The notes under the pieces are model-generated. The model was not told the origin of the DNA. It ran no database searches and saw only the letters and a list, made by a program, of their open reading frames with translations. From NCBI GenBank assembly GCA_036378295.1, contig DASUWS010000203.1:27217-91216 (forward strand): a DNA stretch of 64,000 nucleotides, given 5' to 3'. Below are positions 37,382-45,212 of the stretch, piece after piece (position 1 is the first letter of the stretch; each line of letters begins with the position of its first letter). Source of the stretch: Ktedonobacterales bacterium. Its GTDB lineage: Bacteria > Chloroflexota > Ktedonobacteria > Ktedonobacterales > JADMIN01. The position numbers were made by a program, and so were the translations under genes.

Positions 37382-38740
37382 ATGCAGACAGTGGTGATGC
37401 CCAAGATGGGCGACACAATGGAAGAAGGGAAAATCCTCCGCTGGCTCAAGCACGAAGGTGATCCCGTGCAGAAGGGCGATGCGCTGGCGGAGATCGAGAC
37501 CGATAAGGTCAACATCGAGGCCGAGGCATTCGCCTCTGGCGTGCTGCGCAAGATCATCGCGCAGGAAGGCGAGACGGTTCCCATCGGGGGGCCAATCGCG
37601 CTGATCGGCGCGGCGTATGAGCCGCTGCCGGGAGAAACGCCCGGCGCCAGGCCAGCAGCCTCCAGACAGGCAGCGCCACCGGCTCAGGGTCCGGCGAACG
37701 GAGCGAAGCCCGCGACACCTGTTAGCGCTACCCGCACAGCCGTCGCCGAGCCGACGACGCAGCCAGCCACCGAGAACGGCGGGCGCATCTTCATCAGCCC
37801 GCTGGCGCGCCATATCGCCGCCGAGCACAATCTCGACATTGCGCGCATCCACGGCACTGGCCCAAGTGGTCGTATCGTGCGCGACGATGTGCAGGCGTAT
37901 CTGGCAGGCGCGCAGGCGCCCACAGCCGCGCCACAGGCTCCCCAGCCGCAAGCCGCGCCAGCAGCGGCACAGGCGGCCCCAGCGGCACAACCAGCGCCCG
38001 CGCCGGTTGCTCCGATTGCCCCGGTGCCAGCGGCGGCCCCAGGCGAAGAAGTACGCGCGCAGCCGCTGACCACGATGCGCAAGACGATTGCGCGGCGGTT
38101 GCAACAGAGCATGCAAACGGCGCCACACTTCTACGTGACGGTCTCCATCGAGACGGACAAGCTGGGCGAGATGCGCAACTCCATCAACGAGTACGCCGCA
38201 GGTCTGCCGAATCCGATCAAGGTCAGCTACAACGATCTGATCGTCAAGGCGGTCGCGATGGTGCTGCTGGACATGCCGGAGGTCAACGTCTCGTTCGATG
38301 GCGAACAGCTTCTCTTCAAGTCACATATCAACGTCGGCATCGCGGTCGCGCTGGAAACAGGGCTGATCGTGCCGGTCGTGCGCGACGCCGACAAGCACGG
38401 CGTACTCGATATCGCACGCGAGTCGCGACGGCTGACGGAGGCGGCCCGTGCGGGCAAGCTGAAGCCAGAGGAGTTCAGCGGCGGCACGTTCACGGTGAGC
38501 AACCTGGGCATGTATGGTGTCGATGAGTTCACCGCCGTCATCAACCCGCCGGAGTCAGCGATTCTGGCGGTTGGGGCGATTGTGCCAACGCCGGTCGTGC
38601 GCGAGGGGCAGGTGGTGGTCCGCGACATCATGAAGGTCACGATGTCGGTAGATCACCGCGCGCTGGATGGCGCGATTGCCGCACGCTTCCTCCAGGAGCT
38701 CAAGCGTCTGCTCGAACAGCCGATGGGCATCCTCGTGTAG
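37382..38740 (+). CDS. pdhC: dihydrolipoamide acetyltransferase (E2)
   Basis: Lipoyl domain with ETDKVNIE. Subunit-binding domain ISPLARHIAAEHNLDIARIHGTGPSGRIV. Ala/Pro linker. Catalytic DHRALDG. Confidence 0.9.
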   Translation: MQTVVMPKMGDTMEEGKILRWLKHEGDPVQKGDALAEIETDKVNIEAEAFASGVLRKIIAQEGETVPIGGPIALIGAAYEPLPGETPGARPAASRQAAPPAQGPANGAKPATPVSATRTAVAEPTTQPATENGGRIFISPLARHIAAEHNLDIARIHGTGPSGRIVRDDVQAYLAGAQAPTAAPQAPQPQAAPAAAQAAPAAQPAPAPVAPIAPVPAAAPGEEVRAQPLTTMRKTIARRLQQSMQTAPHFYVTVSIETDKLGEMRNSINEYAAGLPNPIKVSYNDLIVKAVAMVLLDMPEVNVSFDGEQLLFKSHINVGIAVALETGLIVPVVRDADKHGVLDIARESRRLTEAARAGKLKPEEFSGGTFTVSNLGMYGVDEFTAVINPPESAILAVGAIVPTPVVREGQVVVRDIMKVTMSVDHRALDGAIAARFLQELKRLLEQPMGILV

Positions 38741-38754
38741 CCAGAAACACTCAA

Positions 38755-38791
38755 ATACCCCCTTCCCTATGCCGGGGAGGGGGTATTTTTC
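38755..38791 (+). terminator. rho-independent terminator after the pdh operon (between convergent genes)
   Basis: 13-bp stem ATACCCCCTTCCC / GGGGAGGGGGTAT followed by TTTTTCT. Confidence 0.75.
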
Positions 38792-38805
38792 TGCTCGCTG
38801 TGCAT

Positions 38806-39489
38806 TCACGCGCGCTGGCGAGGGAGCATCTGGCCAACGATGAGTATCACGCTGGCAACGGCCAGGAATAGGCCGGTATCAATCGCACCGCCGTAGGCAA
38901 CGCTGGGCGCGAACCATGGGGTTGGCAAGCCGTCCAGCACAAAGAAGCTGAGACCCAGCAGCGCAGCGCCAGCGGCGGCAAACGGCGCCAGCAGATCGAG
39001 CAGGCGCGCGCCATACGAGAAGAACAGCGCCGCCCGCAGACTCAGATAGCGCTCGGCAAGCGGGCGCAGCAGCGTCACCAGTCCAGCAGCTATGAGTCCC
39101 AGGCCCGCCAGCATCTCACTCCATTCGATGAATATGCCAAAGAACCCGGCATTCGGCAGCACGAGATTCTGCAGGAGCGCCGCGAAGAAGCCAGGCAGCT
39201 GCCCACCGCTGATTGTGCCGGTCAGGAGACCGGGCAGCCTGTCGGGGAACGTGCCCAGCAGTATCTTATCAACGCCCGACACGAGCCATTCGTAGCCAAC
39301 GAGCAGTTGCAGTCCGGCAAGAGCAACGTTCGGCTTCGAGATGCCAGGCAACGGCAGACGCCGTATCGCGGTCCCCTGCCGTTGTAGCTTGTATATGTCG
39401 CTGTGGGATGCGGCACGACGGCGCGTCGCAAATCTCGGCGAGGGTCGCGTTCGTGGCAGTGGTTTGTGCGGGGCAAGACGAGTAGCCAT
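38806..39489 (-). CDS. hypothetical multi-TM membrane protein (DoxX-like?)
   Basis: The ATG sits behind GGAGG. Arg-rich N-terminus followed by about 5 hydrophobic segments. The family assignment is tentative. Confidence 0.5.
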   Translation of the reverse strand: MATRLAPHKPLPRTRPSPRFATRRRAASHSDIYKLQRQGTAIRRLPLPGISKPNVALAGLQLLVGYEWLVSGVDKILLGTFPDRLPGLLTGTISGGQLPGFFAALLQNLVLPNAGFFGIFIEWSEMLAGLGLIAAGLVTLLRPLAERYLSLRAALFFSYGARLLDLLAPFAAAGAALLGLSFFVLDGLPTPWFAPSVAYGGAIDTGLFLAVASVILIVGQMLPRQRA

Positions 39490-39667
39490 AACAGAGCCTC
39501 CATTGAGACGACATCATTACAGGCTTGATTGAGCGTCCTGTGATCGTCCGTCCTCCACAATGGATTGTGATGCGTTTGTGATATTTGGTCTGTCAGGAAA
39601 CCGTCTCGACATTGCGCCTCGTCTGTAGGCAAAACGCCTACATCAATGGACCTGGATCCGAGAGCCA

Positions 39668-41332
39668 TCACGCATGAGGTATTATTGGCGTCGCATCTAG
39701 CCGGAATTGGCGCAGAGGCAGGCCGGTGCGTGCCGCGATCAGCGCGTGTAATCGCATGGCTGGCTCACGGTAGGCCCTATATGGGTCGCCGCCGACGTCA
39801 TGCCAGGAATAGTGTACAAAGATCGACTCACGCCATGCGAGCCGTAATCCATGGCCAACGACCACATAGCGGAACGGTCGTGTGCTGCCAGGCTTCGGCG
39901 GAACGACAACCCATGCCGCAATGCTCTGCCAGGGAATCGTGATGGGCTGGTCTTTAGAGGAGCCCCAGGTTGTGAGGCCAGACTCGTCAGCGCGGACATC
40001 AGGCAGATGGTTGTAGCGGCGCTGGCGCATCAACAAGATGATATAGAGCGTCAACTGCAAGGTCATGATGGCGACTATAGCAAGCGAGACCGGCCAGAGA
40101 TGGCTGAATTGCACTGCCAGCCAGCCCAGCATGAGGATTCCTATCAGGCACTGTGTGATGTCGTTCCGCCAATCGCCTGTAACGCCCAAGGGCCAGGTAT
40201 GTGCGCGGAGGGAGATCTGCTCTCCTTCACCTAGCATCCCGCTGGCTGGATCGCCTGAGGGCATATACCGTGGTTCCGCCAGTGGCAGCGCCAGCGCTTC
40301 TACCTCAGTCATTGAGGCGATAGCGCTTCCCTTCCGACTCAGGTTGCGCCGCCCTGAGGTGTCATGCACGATCAACAGTGGCATCCGTGCGCGGGCCACG
40401 ATGGTCGCCAGCAGCCGCTGCACATCCTGTAAGTACCGATTGTATCCACCAGCAAAGACATACCGCGCCTCCCATTCGCGAATGTCTGACGCATAATCTG
40501 GCTCTTGCTCAATGCCTGGAATGCTGAAGCTCAGTGATTGCGAATGGCTCCAGAGAACGTAGGTGCCGAGTGGCAGAGTGGTAGCCGTATCTGGCATACG
40601 CGCGAACAGGTCAATCTCACTCCACCGAATACGACGGCGGCGCAAGCCATCGCGCACAGTAACGCCCGCATCGTCGGCCACAATCTGGCTAAAGCAATCG
40701 CGCATGTTCTGCCATGCGCCGTAGACGAACACGCTCGCTGCAAGCAGCAGCGGAAGGGCAGCCGCCAGCCAGTCGAGCGCCGTTGGTGGTGATGCGAGCG
40801 GGCCGTCCAGACCCGGTTTATAGTTGAGGTTGAGCAGCGAGCGGTCAAACGACGGGAGTACCTGGAAGATCACTATTTCACTGAAGTAAACCAGCCAGAG
40901 CATATACGGGATGGCGTTCAGGCTCCGAAATACGGCGTTGAGGCTATACCGGCGTTTCAGCTTCAGGGATTCGCCAGTGGGCAAGGCAAGGGAACCATCT
41001 GGCTGTGGGGACGCCTCCTCAACGATGGATGGGTCGCGTGCCGCGACGGACGCTGCCTGCCGCTTCCTTACGATAAGTCTCCGAACGTTGAAACAGATAG
41101 CAGCCGTCTCCATCAAGAGAAGCAGTACCGAGAGCACGATCGCTAAAGTGCCAGCGCTCCAGAAATCAGGAAACCGTCCAATGGTAATGAGATACACCGC
41201 AACAAATATATCCGCGGCCACCATCAGCACGGCAAATGCCGCCGCCAACGCGATCTTCGTGACGTAGCCTGTCCGTTGAATCTCCACGGATCGGTCACTC
41301 CTCCGCTCTCTGCCTGCCTGCGTGCCCAGCAT
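39668..41332 (-). CDS. hypothetical 6-TM membrane protein with two PH-like soluble modules
   Basis: Three TM hairpins. The modules after TM4 and TM6 begin alike: VADDAGVTVRDGLRRRRIRWSEIDLFA versus VRADESGLTTWGSSKDQPITIPWQSIAAWV. This resembles bacterial PH (bPH_2/YdbT-like) repeats. Confidence 0.55.
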   Translation of the reverse strand: MLGTQAGRERRSDRSVEIQRTGYVTKIALAAAFAVLMVAADIFVAVYLITIGRFPDFWSAGTLAIVLSVLLLLMETAAICFNVRRLIVRKRQAASVAARDPSIVEEASPQPDGSLALPTGESLKLKRRYSLNAVFRSLNAIPYMLWLVYFSEIVIFQVLPSFDRSLLNLNYKPGLDGPLASPPTALDWLAAALPLLLAASVFVYGAWQNMRDCFSQIVADDAGVTVRDGLRRRRIRWSEIDLFARMPDTATTLPLGTYVLWSHSQSLSFSIPGIEQEPDYASDIREWEARYVFAGGYNRYLQDVQRLLATIVARARMPLLIVHDTSGRRNLSRKGSAIASMTEVEALALPLAEPRYMPSGDPASGMLGEGEQISLRAHTWPLGVTGDWRNDITQCLIGILMLGWLAVQFSHLWPVSLAIVAIMTLQLTLYIILLMRQRRYNHLPDVRADESGLTTWGSSKDQPITIPWQSIAAWVVVPPKPGSTRPFRYVVVGHGLRLAWRESIFVHYSWHDVGGDPYRAYREPAMRLHALIAARTGLPLRQFRLDATPIIPHA

Positions 41333-41434
41333 AACAGATTTCCGTGGAAGTGGGATAATGCAACAGTCGCAACTGGTGTCCGCGCGGCATTCGAATTGCG
41401 GTACAATGGCGGCATGGTGCGAGAGAGCGGCATC

Positions 41435-41459
41435 GAGACACTAGCGAGACACTAGCGAG
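41435..41459. repeat. 2.3 x 11-bp perfect tandem repeat (GAGACACTAGC) in the 5' leader of the 41474 gene
   Basis: Read directly from the DNA. TACAAT lies at 41402-41407 upstream and the ATG 15 nt downstream. Confidence 0.9.
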
Positions 41460-41473
41460 GGGCATGATGCGCA

Positions 41474-42268
41474 ATGGCTGAACCAGATCATCTGGTGGGG
41501 AGCGTTAAGGAGGCGCTTGCCGTCCTTGATACCCACTTTGGTATGGCACTTGGATGCCCGCCAACGGATTTGCGGCGCTCCGGCTGGCATATGCTGGTCG
41601 CGCGCAACGATGTCGATCCGATGGAGTTACTCTTTGGACGTCGTCAGTTGCTGCATCTCGTCTCGCCGCTGCCGGAGGTAGCGGGCATGCCTCGTGGCGG
41701 CGTAGCGGTGGTCGCGCCGGAGTTGCGTGTGCCGATCTCGCTGCTCTTGCGCGAAGTACGCCCCGAGGCGCTCTTTACTCCGGATGGCCGCATAGCACTG
41801 GAAGGGGTGCTACGAAGAATCACCTCCGCCGACCGCTTCCCACTCGAAGCCGCGCACCTGCGCCAGTGGTATACGCTCTCCAGCACCTTCCGCCCGTATC
41901 TGGGTTCCTGGCTAGACTGGATTGAGCCGCTCGACGACACCCAGGAAATGGACCCCGCCGCGCTCCGGCTGCTCGCGCGCTTCGGTGCGGGCGTCTTCGT
42001 GATTCGCGATGGCGACGCCGCTATTCAGGCGTTTGCTGGGTTGCGCTCGCAGTCGCCTCACGTCTGGGAAATCACCGCTGCCGCCGAGTCATCGCCGGAA
42101 GATGGGCTGGCGCGCGCTGTGATTGCGCGGGCGACCAAAACAGTGCTGGCGACGAAGCGCCTCCCGCTCTACAGCCATGCCGCGCGCGAGACCGACATGA
42201 TACGAGTGGTGCGCTCGCTCGGCTACCACTGCTACGGCGATATCCTCACCTATAGCGCCGCTGCATAG
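41474..42268 (+). CDS. hypothetical protein with GNAT-like C-terminal half
   Basis: 264 aa. The C-terminal ...VFVIRDGDAAIQAFAGL..GLARAVIARATKTVLATKRLPLYSHAARETDMIRVVRSLGYHCYGD resembles an acetyltransferase fold. Tentative. Confidence 0.5.
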   Translation: MAEPDHLVGSVKEALAVLDTHFGMALGCPPTDLRRSGWHMLVARNDVDPMELLFGRRQLLHLVSPLPEVAGMPRGGVAVVAPELRVPISLLLREVRPEALFTPDGRIALEGVLRRITSADRFPLEAAHLRQWYTLSSTFRPYLGSWLDWIEPLDDTQEMDPAALRLLARFGAGVFVIRDGDAAIQAFAGLRSQSPHVWEITAAAESSPEDGLARAVIARATKTVLATKRLPLYSHAARETDMIRVVRSLGYHCYGDILTYSAAA

Positions 42269-42293
42269 CGGCCCGCTGCGCGCCACTTCTGGT

Positions 42294-42335
42294 CTATCCT
42301 CCCCACTATCCTCCCCACTATCCTTTCGCCTTTCG
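42294..42335. repeat. compound tandem repeat: 2.5 x 12 bp (CTATCCTCCCCA) then 2 x 7 bp (CCTTTCG)
   Basis: Read directly from the DNA, in the convergent spacer after the 41474 gene. Confidence 0.9.
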
Positions 42336-42455
42336 TCGTCGTCTCCACATGTGCCAACAGATAGCGGTGACCTCCCAGTGGAGGAGTACTCTGGCGTGTG
42401 TACTCTCTCCATCCGGGAGGTCACGATCTTCTTGCCAGGCGCGCAGGATGGGCGC

Positions 42456-42773
42456 TTAGCTTCGCGGGCTGCTAAACTCATGAGAGTCGCTTGCGTCCCC
42501 GGGCTGGGTGGCGCTCCCGCTGGCTTCGAGTCGCTCGCGCATCTGCTCAAAGGTGGTCGCGTCGATCTCGCCACGAGCGTACCGCTGGCGCAAGATCTCC
42601 ATCGCGGATGGGCCGCTCCCGGCTGGCGGAGGCGTCGTGTACGGGATGTGGGTACGGCCACCCAGCCAGCGCACCAGCGCCCAGATCAGGACGCCCAACG
42701 CCCCGAGCCAGAAGATGGCGGCAATGAACATCCACAAGATCATCAGCCCATTCCATCCATATCCCCACATCAT
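42456..42773 (-). CDS. membrane-anchored SHOCT domain protein
   Basis: The ATG sits behind GGGAGAAAGAGGG. MMWGYGWNGLMILWMFIAAIFWLGALGVLIWALV is a TM segment. C-terminal MEILRQRYARGEIDATTFEQMRERLE is the SHOCT motif. The longer ORF start at 42866 is possible. Confidence 0.65.
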   Translation of the reverse strand: MMWGYGWNGLMILWMFIAAIFWLGALGVLIWALVRWLGGRTHIPYTTPPPAGSGPSAMEILRQRYARGEIDATTFEQMRERLEASGSATQPGDASDSHEFSSPRS

Positions 42774-42864
42774 ATGGCTACCCTCTTTCTCCCAATCCCT
42801 CATGGCGCTATCAGCATCAATTGCCTGCAGCATTTGTGCCTGACCAACGCCGCGGACATCAGAC

Positions 42865-42900
42865 ATAATCGGGCATCATCAGGCGTTTATCCCCGATTAT
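42865..42900 (-). other. intercistronic hairpin overlapping the cupredoxin stop codon
   Basis: 9-bp arms ATAATCGGG / CCCGATTAT with an 18-nt loop. It may act as a partial terminator or processing site between the cupredoxin and the second SHOCT gene. Confidence 0.45.
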
Positions 42901-43412
42901 TGCGTGACGATAACCTGTGCCGTCATGTACCGGTGCAGGTCGCAATAGTAGGTGAAGGTGCCCGGCCGGGTGAACGTGTACCGGTAGGTATCGCCCTGGC
43001 GTAGAATGCCGCTGCTCGTGAGGGTGGTATCACGGAAGGTCACGGTATGCGGGGCGGTATCCTTATTGGTCCATGTCACGGTCGTACCTACCCGGACCTG
43101 TAGATTGGCAGGCTGGTACGCAAAGTTCTGGATGGCGACCGTATTGCCGCTGACCGGCGTCGCGTTGGCCGGGTTCTGCTGGCTCTGGCCGTTCTGGTAG
43201 CCGCCCATCATTCCGCCCGGACCCATCATGTGCCCTGGTCCTCCGTATCCTGGTCCCATCATCCCACCCGGCCCATACGGCCCCTGCTGAGTGGCGGCGT
43301 TCTGCGGCTGCGGCGAAAATGCCCCCCAGGCCTGCGCCATACCGACACCTGTGACGACCAGCGCTCCTATGAGAAGCAGTGCCCCAAGGGCAACAATCCA
43401 TCGCGTGTTCAT
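42897..43412 (-). CDS. secreted/membrane-anchored cupredoxin (amicyanin/plastocyanin-like) with Met/Gly-rich N-terminal region
   Basis: The ATG sits behind GAGGAGGA, followed by a signal/anchor. GPGGMMGPGYGGPGHMMGPGGMMGG tract. The type-1 copper ligand pattern is present: APHTV ... YYCDLHRYM (C-x2-H-x2-M). Confidence 0.8.
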   Translation of the reverse strand: MNTRWIVALGALLLIGALVVTGVGMAQAWGAFSPQPQNAATQQGPYGPGGMMGPGYGGPGHMMGPGGMMGGYQNGQSQQNPANATPVSGNTVAIQNFAYQPANLQVRVGTTVTWTNKDTAPHTVTFRDTTLTSSGILRQGDTYRYTFTRPGTFTYYCDLHRYMTAQVIVTQ

Positions 43413-43511
43413 GGTATCTTCCTCCTCTGTCGTGTCGCGTCTGGCGCATTTCGTCCACTCGCCACAGGGCGCCATGTGCCAGCCCTGCTGGTGCTTCCAA
43501 TCATCCGCGGG

Positions 43512-43760
43512 CTAGTCGTATCTCAGCGTGCGTAGCGCCTGCTGGTACTCCGCTTCAGACATCTCACCCGCTGCGTAGCGACGCGCGAGAACATCTCGCG
43601 CCACCTCGTCATCGCTGCGGCGCTCATAGGGGAAGGAGTGCCTGACGCCCCAGACCAGCAGGAGCACCAACCCACCCCAGACGAGTGTCATCAGCAGCAT
43701 GCCAAGCGGGCCAAACAGGCCCATCCCCACGCCGCCGACCACGACGATGCTCATCATCAT
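43512..43760 (-). CDS. membrane-anchored SHOCT domain protein
   Basis: The ATG sits behind GGAGGGAAGAGG. A TM hairpin is followed by VARDVLARRYAAGEMSEAEYQQALRTL (SHOCT). Confidence 0.65.
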   Translation of the reverse strand: MMMSIVVVGGVGMGLFGPLGMLLMTLVWGGLVLLLVWGVRHSFPYERRSDDEVARDVLARRYAAGEMSEAEYQQALRTLRYD

Positions 43761-43806
43761 CACCTCTTCCCTCCGTGCCTCCGTGCCCTTATGCGCCTGA
43801 AACAGC

Positions 43807-43884
43807 CTTGATCTCTCTCCTCTGAAGAGAGCGTATCCCAGCCAGATCAAGAGAGCATGCGGGGAAGATCAAGATTTGGTCAAG
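43807..43884 (-). promoter_or_regulatory. candidate response-regulator operator: CTTGAYC(T) direct repeats on 11-bp phasing plus one inverted copy
   Basis: In gene sense: CTTGACCA (43884-43877), CTTGATCT (43873-43866), CTTGATCT (43851-43844). The offsets are 11 and 22 bp. An inverted AGATCAAG lies at 43814-43807. The array sits 47-124 bp upstream of the SHOCT-cupredoxin start. Confidence 0.45.
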
Positions 43885-43954
43885 CCTGAAGCATTGGGGG
43901 GCGGTGAAGCTGAGGATGCATGAGGGGAGCGCTGTGGCATCCGCGCTGGTTGCG

Positions 43955-45154
43955 CTATCCGGCAATGGGGAGAGTGAACGTGAAGGTGCTCCCCTGACCC
44001 AGGCCAGGGCTCTCGGCGCGCATCGTACCGTGCATCGCCTCGACGAGCGCTTCCGCGATGGTCAGGCCAATGCCCGTGCCGCCCAACGCGCGAGCGCGCG
44101 ACTTCTCTACCCGGTAGAACCGTTCGAAGATTCGCGGCAGATCGTCGTGTGCGATGCCTACGCCCGTATCCCGCACATGGAAGGCCAGCATGCGCCCTTC
44201 CCGCGTGACGCTCACCTCGACCCGACCGGGAGAACTCTGCGTAGCAGGGGTATAACGCAAAGCATTCGTCAGCAGATTTGTCAGCACCTGCACCGCGCGG
44301 TCGGGATCAGCGGAAATAGCGGGGAGGTTCGTGGGCTCCGTGATGCGTAGCTCCAGCCCCTTCTCGGCATATTGGGCCGCGACACGTTCACGGGCCGCGT
44401 TCACGACGCTCGCGGGCGAGATGCGCGCGGTATGCAGCGGAATCTGCCCGGCTTCGGCGCGCGACAGCTCTTGCAGATCATCCACAAGCCGCCGCAGCCG
44501 CAGCGATTCGGTATGCAGCGTCGCCCAGGTTTCAGGCGAAGGCTCCACGACGCCATCCATCAGTCCTTCCAGATAGCCGGTCAGCGTCGTAATTGGCGTG
44601 CGCAGCTCATGTGCTACATCGCCAACCAGCTCGACACGGCGGCGCTCGGTCTGTTCCAGCGCGCTGGCCATCTCGTTGAAGCTCGCCGCAAGTTGGCCCA
44701 ACTCATCCCCAGCATTCGCGCCCGGAACGGCCACACGCTCGGCATAATGACCTCGCCCGATGCGTTGGGTCGCCGCGAGCATCCGCTGTACTGGCCGCGC
44801 AATCTGGCGGGCGACGAAGTAGCTCAGCACGAGCGCACCTGCCGTCGCCAGCACCGTCGCCAGCGCCAGCCCCTGCGTGAGTGCCTGGCGGAAAGCGGCA
44901 TCGAGGCTATCGGTTACGCTGGACCCTGCCAATCCCTGACCACCCATCATGCCGCTGCCCATACCGCCATTACCCCCGCCAATGCCGGACATCATGGAGT
45001 GCATCGAGTTGGCGAAGAAATCCGGGGCGAACGCGGACATGACGACGAAGACGGTTGCGACACCCATCAGCACCAGCGCAAGGTAGGAGACGAAGAGCTT
45101 GGTTCTCAGGCTCACTTTGGCCCAGCGCGTTGTCCATTCCATCACCCACCGCAC
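43955..45154 (-). CDS. sensor histidine kinase (TM-loop-TM, HAMP, HisKA, HATPase_c)
   Basis: H-box VAHELRTPITTL, N-box LTNLLTNALRYT, DTGVGI, GGTGIGLTIA. The sensor loop is Met/Gly-rich (NSMHSMMSGIGGGNGGMGSGMMGGQG). The GTG at 45154 behind AGGAGC was chosen. ATGs at 45142 or 45196 are possible. Confidence 0.85.
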   Translation of the reverse strand: MRWVMEWTTRWAKVSLRTKLFVSYLALVLMGVATVFVVMSAFAPDFFANSMHSMMSGIGGGNGGMGSGMMGGQGLAGSSVTDSLDAAFRQALTQGLALATVLATAGALVLSYFVARQIARPVQRMLAATQRIGRGHYAERVAVPGANAGDELGQLAASFNEMASALEQTERRRVELVGDVAHELRTPITTLTGYLEGLMDGVVEPSPETWATLHTESLRLRRLVDDLQELSRAEAGQIPLHTARISPASVVNAARERVAAQYAEKGLELRITEPTNLPAISADPDRAVQVLTNLLTNALRYTPATQSSPGRVEVSVTREGRMLAFHVRDTGVGIAHDDLPRIFERFYRVEKSRARALGGTGIGLTIAEALVEAMHGTMRAESPGLGQGSTFTFTLPIAG

Positions 45155-45184
45155 GTGTCCGCTCCTGTCCTTGCGTCCTGCGTT

Positions 45185-45204
45185 ATCTGAGATCATCTGA
45201 GATC
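45185..45204. repeat. 2 x 10-bp perfect tandem duplication (ATCTGAGATC) in the RR-HK spacer
   Basis: Read directly from the DNA. Confidence 0.9.
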
Positions 45205-45212
45205 AGATGACA

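Noticed and set aside
39539-39582. Three TGTGAT hexamers (two as TTGTGAT spaced 11 bp) upstream of the 38806-39489 membrane protein gene, considered as Crp/Fnr sites
   Set aside because: None forms the TGTGA-N6-TCACA palindrome. The nearest partner is CCACA at an 11-nt spacing. They may still be a direct-repeat site for another regulator, but the evidence is too thin.
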